Assembly: GCF_006345805.1 (NCBI RefSeq)
Contig: NC_043002.1
Location: forward strand, 61,008,001 to 61,072,000
Source of the DNA: Octopus sinensis
Taxonomy: Eukaryota
Length of the DNA: 64,000 nt
Reading direction: 5' to 3'
Shown piece after piece: positions 53,178 to 64,000 of the stretch. How positions within the stretch are numbered: the stretch's first letter is position 1; the number at the start of each line of letters is the position of its first letter. The notes beneath the pieces are model-generated. The model was not told the origin of the DNA. It made no database searches and worked only from the letters and a program-made list of their open reading frames with translations. A program made the translations under genes and the position numbers.

Positions 53178-53947
53178 TATATGTCCCTGTATGTATGTAT
53201 GTATGTATATATATATGTATATATATACATTTACATATATATATGTATATGTATATATATATATATTATATATACACACACATATATATACATATATAGG
53301 TGTATGTACATGTATATGTATGTATATACACAGGAATATATTTTTTATAGGTCTATATGTATACAAATATAAGTAAATATGTATATAAGTTTGTGTATGT
53401 GTGTTCGAATATGTAGGCGCAATATGAGCAAAAGGTTAAAAACTTTCTTTCGCAACCTAGTAGTCTCAGGTTCGAACCCATTGAGTAGCACCTAATATAA
53501 AGGTCGCATTTGATATTCATGCGGGGACGCATACTTGTTTGTTCTATAAATTAGGAAGCAAAACTTCGAATTATGCAAATCGGCTGAAAGTATTTTCGTA
53601 TCCGGTGTTGGAGAGAACAACCAGGTCGGAATGCATCCTTTTTTCAATCTGCAATAATAGTTTCCGCACTTCGGAGCTGACTCGTTGCGCATAAACTACT
53701 TGTTACTTAAGCTTTTGCGCTCCATTTACCCATCCTCTTCTCCTCATTCTACTGGTATCGAACTCTCCAGTCCCCACACAAATCACTCTGTCCAATCGTT
53801 CCTCACGAAAACTTCAGCATTCTCGAATTCACTCGTTGACAGGACAAACTTAGCAGCATTGCAAGACACATGAGGAAATCAATGCACTGTCTTACGTTAT
53901 TTATTGACTCCCAAGCAACGGCATATATAGATGAGAATGATGACGTG

Positions 53948-54078
53948 TTTTTCATCCTTTCGGGGTCGATAAATTAAGTACCAGTTACGCACTGGGGTCG
54001 ATGTAATCGACTTAATACCTATGTCTGTCCTTGTTTGTCCCCTCTGTGTTTAGGCCCTTGTGGGTAATAAAGAAATAG
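53948..54078 (+). mobile_element. SINE family Y, 3' half
   Basis: TTTCATCCTTTCGGGGTCGATAAATTAAGTACC...GTGGGTAATAAAGAAATAG. Confidence 0.8.
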
Positions 54079-55611
54079 GTTATTGAGTCTGAAACATGTG
54101 TCCACGACTATCGTCACTCTCCTTCAGACTCATCTATTTGCTTAAAGGCATGTCAGCCTTGGATAAATTTTGAGTGTTAAGGTTACCGTTCCCTTCTAAA
54201 GTGAGTCCACTTGAATTGCGATTCGGTAATTGTGACATATTCTTTACAATAAATAGTAATTTTGATAAATCAAGAATTGATGTTTTTATGGTATTTCACA
54301 TACCTGTATTTGTCCATTTTGCTCAAATGCATGTCATTTCTCTTATCCTCATCCCTGCTGCAAAAAGAATGAAAGAAAAAAACCAACCTTCGAACAAATC
54401 TAGAGAAAGATATCAGGTGTAAACCGACACACCGACATTGTTGCCTGGCAAGGCACACTTAAAGCAACAACAACAACAAATCTATACAGAATACAAACAA
54501 CAAAGAATGTAAAAACAGTAACAAAACCATAAAATATGTTTGTTATTAAGGCATATCATGATTGTATATTGCTAAAATAAAATATTTTATTAGCAATGTA
54601 TTACGAATATTATTTTAAGTTATCGTTCAACGTGTTTTTCTTAATGTTATTGTTAATATATTTGTTTATGGAGTTGTTGTTATTATTTAGCTCCTTCTCA
54701 ATATTTTGCGAGCGGTTCTATGATCAAAGGTATCACACATGTGACTATCTATTTTTTTTATTTTCATCATGATTTTTTTTTGCAAACGTTCAGAGCATCC
54801 ATTTCCATATTTTCCAAGTCCTTTTATCATATAAGAAGTGCAGCAACGATTTGGAGGGGATTTAGCTGCTAATTCTACCAGGTCAAACGATCAAATAAAG
54901 ACTTCATTCATTGGCTTCGAATAACCTCATGAAAAATAAACAAAGGCTTACACAGATAACAGGTACACATCGAACTCGGCCAAAAAAATATCTGCGCTCA
55001 ATTTTTCTCATACATCATATTGTTAAATATGAAACATCGAATCTAAGCAACATCAAACACAATGATTTAAAGGTTGCCAAACGCAGTATCCTTTCAGAAA
55101 CAAAAGAGAATAAAAGAGAAAAGTTGAGTAACGAAAACAAAACTACTAAACTCTCTCTTCTTTGATTTGTACGCTATACGTTACACGTAGCTGTTTGATG
55201 ATGGAAGTGTTTGTAAGGCCTAAGAGAGGAAATCTAAAAGCGGTAAAACTAATGTGTACATACACACATACACACATATAAACACAATCACAAACACACA
55301 CACACACTAACACATATGTATGTATATATGTATGTATGTGTGTATATATGTATATATGGGTGTGTGTGTGCGCGCATATACATAATTTATATATAAATAT
55401 AATATAATATAAATATATATGGAAATATCTTAGTAATGAATATGTGTGCTTGTGCGCTCGAGTATAATATATATATGTATATTTATATATATATATATAT
55501 GAATATGTATATATCTATACATATATGTATATATACACGCATGTATGTATATGTACGTATATATACATGTATATATATATACATACACACACGTATATGT
55601 TATATATCTAT

Positions 55612-55742
<131 letters not shown>

Positions 55743-56056
55743 CTTCAATGTAACTACACGAAACGATACAATTTGCTTATTTTTCGTTTCTCATCTTCCT
55801 AGTATTAACTTTCATCTTGATACGCAATAATGGATTACATTCAAAGCATCTTAACAAAAGAATTAATAACACTTCGTTTTTCTTCTTCTTCTTCACATTA
55901 TAATTATAACTTGTCTTAAAGTGCTGGCTCTTCGTATTAGTAATTTTTGTTGTTGTTGTTGTTGTTGCTATTTACACGTCTTCTGATCTTACACGTTTCC
56001 GAACTTGGGAAATATGAAGCGATTCTATGTCTGAAATAGCAAACACACACACACAC

Positions 56057-56099
<43 letters not shown>

Positions 56100-56417
56100 A
56101 CGCACAAACGCACACACACACACACACACGCACAAACGCACACACACACATTCGTATGCACACGCACACATTCATACACACACGCACGCACGCACGCACA
56201 CACGTGTAAATATACGTATGTGTATGTAGGCGCAGGCGGAGCTGTACGGTAAGATGTTTGCTTCCCATCAACACTGTTCTAGGTTCAGTCCCACCGGGTA
56301 GCACATTAATAGGCAGTCTGTTTACTGTTGTCCTTGGCTGACCCGAACAATGTACGTGATAATACCTCCAATCAGTTCAGATCAGAAGCCATGAGAGCCA
56401 GTACCTTGTAGTACATA

Positions 56418-56979
56418 ATTATTATTATTGACTGAGAGAGCAGTGCATGCCATAAAAGTGACACTGGGGTAAAATATACGAAGCCCAGTATACCCATCAT
56501 GACTACCCGTCTGATAAGGGTACACCAGGCACATGCATCACAACTATATGTGCGCGACATAGTGATCTCATATGAAGATAAACAGCACATGACCTTGCAG
56601 GAGTGGCTCAGTTAGAATTTTCTTCTGGTCGAGTAACCCATCCCACTCAAAAGGTCCCTGAATAAGGGTTGTTTGAGCATGTTGAATGAAACAGCTATAT
56701 TTTCAGAGGTAAATTATTCAAACTCCAAAGAATCCCTCTCAACACATGGCTATGATGCTTGCCCACTACTTCTGCTCGTGATCAGAGATGCACATATCGT
56801 CAGCCACTAAGGGACATGCTCAACTGGTTAAGGTCAAACAACTGACACACAAATCTGTGGTATTGAGCAGAATATTTGCTGTAGCCCATCTTTTATAACA
56901 AGAAAAACAATGTACATGATAACACTTCCAATCAAGTAAGATCAGAAGCCACGAGAGTCAGTGCCTGGTACTGCATCAG
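56418..56979 (-). mobile_element. ~560-bp non-coding repeat with (AAT)n tail (copy 2), followed by a second copy of its 5' ~65 bp (56348-56414)
   Basis: Minus strand CTGATGCAGTACCAGGCAC...CTCTCTCAGTCAATAATAATAAT; homologous to 38336-38875. Confidence 0.8.
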
Positions 56980-57052
56980 TATAATAATAATTATTATTAT
57001 TAATGTTTTTATTATTATTATTATTGTTGTTGTTGTTATTCATATACACATA

Positions 57053-58680
57053 ACTGATTAGACTGTTGGAAAAGAAAACTCTCTAACATCGCGTTACAAG
57101 TAACCTTAGATGCTAAAATTCCTCCAAAGTGTTCTAGCTGTTGCTAATATATTGTTTTCTGGAGCTGTACTAAATTGGCTTTTATACCTATTACCTCTAT
57201 CCATCTGTTCAGATCTGTAGGCATAGTTTCCAAGGCTCATATTACTACTGGGAAATATTTTACCCGCACTTTCCATTAATCTCCGTAATTTTATGGTCCT
57301 GATACTTTGCTATTTTTTCTATACTTCACATATTAACTTTTTCATGATTTAGGATTGTAAAGTCAATTATCTGCCACTTTCGATTCTCCTTATCTACTAT
57401 TACTAAATCAGGCCTTCTAGCTTCTATTACCCAGTCTGAATGTTAAATTCCCACACCATCTGATATTTCTTACTTTTTAGAACTTTTCACGGTTCATGTT
57501 CATACCATCTATTAGTATGTTCAAATCCTAGCTTTCTACAAAGCTCCAAGTGGATTGATCTCCCTAGATTGTCATGTCATTCCTTTTATTCTTTCTGTAC
57601 AAGTATTCACGTACACAATGAGTATCGCTTTCCTTTTTTGATTTACATAACCCACATTGGGAATCTACTTGATTTTTGTATATCTTGGCTTTTATCCAAT
57701 TAATCCTTAATGCTTGGTCTTGTGCAGCAGCTAACACATTTTCTGTCTCCTTTTTCAGCATTCCTTTCAGCAACCACAGCCATGTCTCACAACTACTATT
57801 ATTTGCTGCAGCTATCTTTGGGAATCTATCAGGCAACGCCTTTTCCTGCCAGTCAGAAAATTTCTGTTCTCTTTTTCTTATTTGTAACCTCTTCAGGATT
57901 CTTGGTTTCATATATCTTACTGTGACTTTTGAAACTTTTAAACTTTCTTTACTATTACCTACAGAAGAATCTATATCTACTTTAGCTAACCCACACAGTC
58001 TTCTACTGATATTAATCATCTTCCGCCTTCCTTTCTAGGTAAGTATAATCTTACTACCCCTGCCCTTGTTTGGAGTCCTCTATTCATATCGAATTCCTTC
58101 CTAGTTTTTCTGTCTAGCTTTGCTAACTCAGTTTTAGTCCAATCTACAAAAGCTGTTGAGTATCTAAGTTATGATACTGCCCAAGCATTTACCGCCTACA
58201 CTAGATTCGAATTATTTAGCTTTGACATCATTAGCTTCCCCAACCTTCTGATATACTCCTTCTCCATTTTCGTTTTCATTTCTGTAGTTAGCATTCTGTC
58301 AGATTCCAATACTCCTAGAGACTTATTACTCTCACCTTTTCAATGATTTTAACGTCTGGCCATCTGGTAATTGGATGCCTTCGCTATTGACTATTTGTCT
58401 CTTTCTCACAACTAATATTGCACACTTATCTATGCCCAATGCTATGCATATATCTTTGCTGAAGAGTCATATAGTCGGTATTAAGGAATCTATCTCTTCT
58501 TCATTCTTACTAAAAAAGCTTCAGATCATCCACGTAGAGCAGATGGTTAACTTTTCCCTTACTATTTCTGAACTGATAGCCTGCATTTGCCTTCCTTAAT
58601 ACTAAACTGAGGGGGATCAACATAAAACCCCACCAGCAGAAAAGTGCAACAAATGATGCTATAGAACTCTACCACTGGTA
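57053..58680 (-). mobile_element. R4/Dong-type non-LTR retrotransposon, 5'-truncated, degenerate
   Basis: LKKETENVLAAAQDQALRINWIKAKI...CGLCK zinc knuckle, REL region, LQKTIILATART end; AAT/AAC tail toward 57000. Confidence 0.85.
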
Positions 58681-59022
58681 TTTGAGTACCCTTTTTTCCA
58701 CCTTGTTTCACATTTATGTGTTTACTCCGGTATGTATATATATATATATATTATGAGGTCAATCGAGGTGTACAATATATGTATAAGGGATTTTAAGAAA
58801 AATAAAGCGATTGATTGTTTAACTAATAAAAGATCGCTTAATTAGTTGGTTTATTGGTCAGATGTTTAACCAATTGACTAACAATAACGATGTAATAGGG
58901 AAACTGTTTGTGTGTTTATAATTATTCAATGCAATGACCCTCCCCAAAAACAGCCAGATTTCTTTCAACATACAATTCGAGATTACGAATATTGCAAAGC
59001 AAATATAAAAATGATATATATA

Positions 59023-59065
<43 letters not shown>

Positions 59066-59069
59066 TATA

Positions 59070-60509
<1,440 letters not shown>

Positions 60510-60545
60510 TATATATATATATATATATATAATATATATATATAT

Positions 60546-60647
<102 letters not shown>

Positions 60648-61242
60648 ATAGATATTTTTCCTGATGTAGTTACTTTATTGTTATTGCAAGCCAAAAACTA
60701 CTTAAAAATGTAAAAAGAAGAGAAATGAAAATACCCGAACTATAATGCGATAACTATGAGACAAATTCGAAGTTCTTTGAAACAACAACAACAACAACAA
60801 TAATAATAACAATAACAATAATAATGTCACGTTATGTAATAACCACAACCAGCCCTTTGACATAGCTTCGATAATACCATGACTTTGAAATAACGATAGA
60901 ACCCTTTTGTGTCTAGAGAGAGGGAGAGAGAGAAAGAGAAAGAGAGAGAGACAGGTGGGGGGGGAAGAGACCGATGGAGATGGGGAAGACATAATGTATT
61001 TTCTTGAAAATATGAAAGTTAAGGAAACACAGAATTTTTGCTGCGGCGATTATTGGCTGTAGTAATATTATCGTCTGATATCTTTGACAAGCAAACGGAA
61101 ATCTGTAACAAGCCGATCTAACGAAATCGATATCTTTAAAATAAGATATTGAATCTATCTTTGAAATGCGCACGCCTGCGCAAAGACGCAAAACGGCATA
61201 CGTACGTACATACATACATTCATACATACATACATACATACA

Positions 61243-61274
<32 letters not shown>

Positions 61275-61385
61275 GGTATATGTATATGTATACTTGCACA
61301 CACTCGTATGTATATACGAACATATGTATTTATGCATGCATGTATGTATATATGTTTGTATGTATGTATGCATCGATGGATGTAT

Positions 61386-61423
<38 letters not shown>

Positions 61424-62271
61424 CATGTATATACACACATTCATATATATATATACATACATACATATAAATATATATGTGTGTATGTATGTATGTATGT
61501 ATGTATGTATATATGTATGTATGTAAGTATGTATGTATATATGTATGTATGTATGCATGTATGTATGTGCGTGTGTACGTATGCATGTTTAGATGGATAG
61601 ATGGATTGATTGATGGATGGAGGGATGCTGGTATTTTGTAGTTTTTGTTATGTTAATTATTGAACAGAGGTGAAGGAGCAATGTTCTTCACCATCAAAAT
61701 CCTTCCAATATGATTAAATCGATGCCGTTGTTGCTAATTTTTTATCGGTATTGGTCGATGGCTATCATAGAATTCAGTGTATAAGGTAGCGTGACAGGTT
61801 CACAAGATGGTGATTGACAAGGTGCACAGCGCTAGTTTAGAAAAACTTAAGATGTTATAGTTAAACAACTAGACTTAGAAAGATCACGATTTGATTTTTT
61901 GAAGTTATCGTTGATGAATGAAATGTGTTGAAGTACCTTCGCTTGGATTTGTCCGGGATGAATTTGTCTTTAACTGTAACAAAGTGTGATATGTCTTTTA
62001 ATCTTTAATCTTTGTCTTGTTTCAGTCATTGGTCTAATGGTTATGCCAGGGCAGCGCCTCGAAGGGTTTTAACTTAACCAATCGACTCGACTACATATTT
62101 TAAAGTTTGGTGCCTTTTCTGACAGTCTATCTTGCCGAACGATTCGTTAAGTCATGTGATAGAAGAAAAAAGGGTAAAAAGATAGGAAGAAAAAGGAAAA
62201 AGTTAAGAAAAAATATAATAAATTAGGGAAAAATGAAAAAATAAAAGGGAAAAAGGAAAGAAAATTCACAG

Positions 62272-63790
62272 TGACAAATGTTTTCAATGTGTGACGTATC
62301 AGTTAAAATAACTTTTTCCATTTCTTGCATGGATTGTCCTCAAATAATCTTCAGTTCCATTTTTATCATTTCAAGTGCTCCGACAGTCACTGGTATCGTA
62401 ATCGTCTTGAGATATCACATTTCTTCGATTTCAATCAGAAAAGTTTCATATTTTCTGAGCTTATCGAATTCTTTTGTCGAGATATTATGATCACAAGATA
62501 TGTTCATGCCAGTCAATTAACTGACTTTATTGTATTGGCCTTTTACAATACCTGTTTATTAGTGTTGATAGTCCTGTCTGTACATACTGGAAAGTTCCAA
62601 AGATTGGTTAAATTTTCTCCCTCAGTTACAGCCTCAAAGGGGTGCTTGTACCATTTGTCAATAGTTTTGATTCCATAATACCAAAATATTGTGTAGATAT
62701 TGGCCAACTCTGTCATGTCGTGCTTTATACTCTACTGGTGCTAAAACCTTACATCCAGAGATTAAGAGGTCCATTGTTTGAATCTCATTGTTGCAGTATC
62801 GACACTTTGGGTCTGCTCCATTTCTCATCACTTGGTAGCTCCGGGTTAATAAGTTCTGACCTTGAACAGCTAAGATAAAATCTTTGCTCTCTGTCTTTCG
62901 TCATGAGCTCCGTAACCGCTGATTGGTGTGCTTCCGTCTGTTTTCAACGCGCCACATATTTACCATGCAAAAGTTTTTGATCCCCACCTACCAGCCAATT
63001 ACTCAAACGCTTTTTTCTTTGTCATTGATTTCACCTTCTCTGCAAGAACACCTACTGCACTTCCATCATGCTATTGAGCCTGGGTATTATGCATGAACTC
63101 ACTAGCCAATTTTTTGCTCGCCATCATGATAGAATGAAGCGTCTTACGTCTCCTGAGGTTTTCAACGAGTTTTAGCATTTAATCGTTTGATGCTTCAAGA
63201 GATTTGGCCACTCCAGTTGTGGTGGTTTCGTAAGAGATTTCAAATTGGATCAAGCCTCGACCTCCGTTGGGCTCTGCGTAGGTAAAGACAAACTGCGTCT
63301 CACTTTGGGAAGTCAGCCGCTTATGGATTTTCGTATCAATTTTCTTTATTTCGCTGATATTCCAGTTAAATATAGTGAAACTATGAATAACAACTGGAAC
63401 TGCTAAGAAATTAATGGCTCACACCTTGTTACGTGAATTAACTCAGATTTCAGCACTACTCGAAATCTCTTGTAGCATTCCTTTCTGATTTTCTCTTTCA
63501 TGCTTGCTTGCTGAATGAGAGAGTTTTAATTTATACCGAGATATTTGTAAATTTATTGCTGCTCAAGATATTCTATAATTGTGTCAACATCTAATACCAC
63601 CGAATAAGAGGTCTTCAATTTCCATTTCTGGAAAATGGCCTCGGCATATTTATCAAACCCAAGTTCCATATCGATATCATCACTGAATGCTTTCACACGT
63701 AATAAACCTTGAAGTCCATTATTGTCTTTTCTATAGAATTTAAGTCGTCCATATAAAATAGAAGGCTTTTCTGTTAAGCGCACATGTGAG
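62272..63790 (-). mobile_element. R4/Dong-type non-LTR retrotransposon fragment (RT end to REL), degenerate
   Basis: LKFYRKDNNGLQGLL..VKAFSDDIDMELGFDK, REPNGGRGLIQ, TSQSEDKLRKY-like and IPVTVGALEMIK segments. Confidence 0.8.
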
Positions 63791-64000
63791 AGGGATTAGA
63801 GCTATGCAAAAATTGTAGGTGAATGTGAGTCACCTTGGAAAATTGCCACAATTGATATTACTATTATTTAAAGTCAGTACTTCACTAGATCGGTATAGTT
63901 GGAGATTCTTATTCTACACTGTCATGTTATACTTCGGGAAGTTTGAAATTACAGCAGAAATTTTGAATATGTCCAGCGATTTTGAAATCGATGAATATGG

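Overview
AT-rich, repeat-dominated eukaryotic DNA with no recognisable host gene. The (TA)n/(TATG)n/(TATC)n/trinucleotide microsatellites and the SINE families look like an Octopus-type cephalopod genome (inference). Nearly all non-microsatellite ORFs are decayed transposons: three Penelope-like retroelement (PLE) lineages, several R4/Dong-type REL non-LTR fragments, one CR1-type LINE, an RTE-like fragment, Tc1/mariner remnants, a Helitron Rep fragment with an intact 3' hairpin-CTAG end, tRNA-derived SINEs and MITE/fold-back elements. The most notable non-coding signal is a set of nine type I hammerhead ribozyme (HHR) motifs from four sequence families between 3.3 and 28.8 kb. These include an ORF-less 487-bp HHR repeat in a tandem plus inverted array, nested inside a perfect 92-bp HHR-bearing inverted repeat, so that five HHRs all point outward from about 26.2 kb. 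All folds and alignments were done by eye; element boundaries are approximate (tens of bp), HHR coordinates were counted directly.
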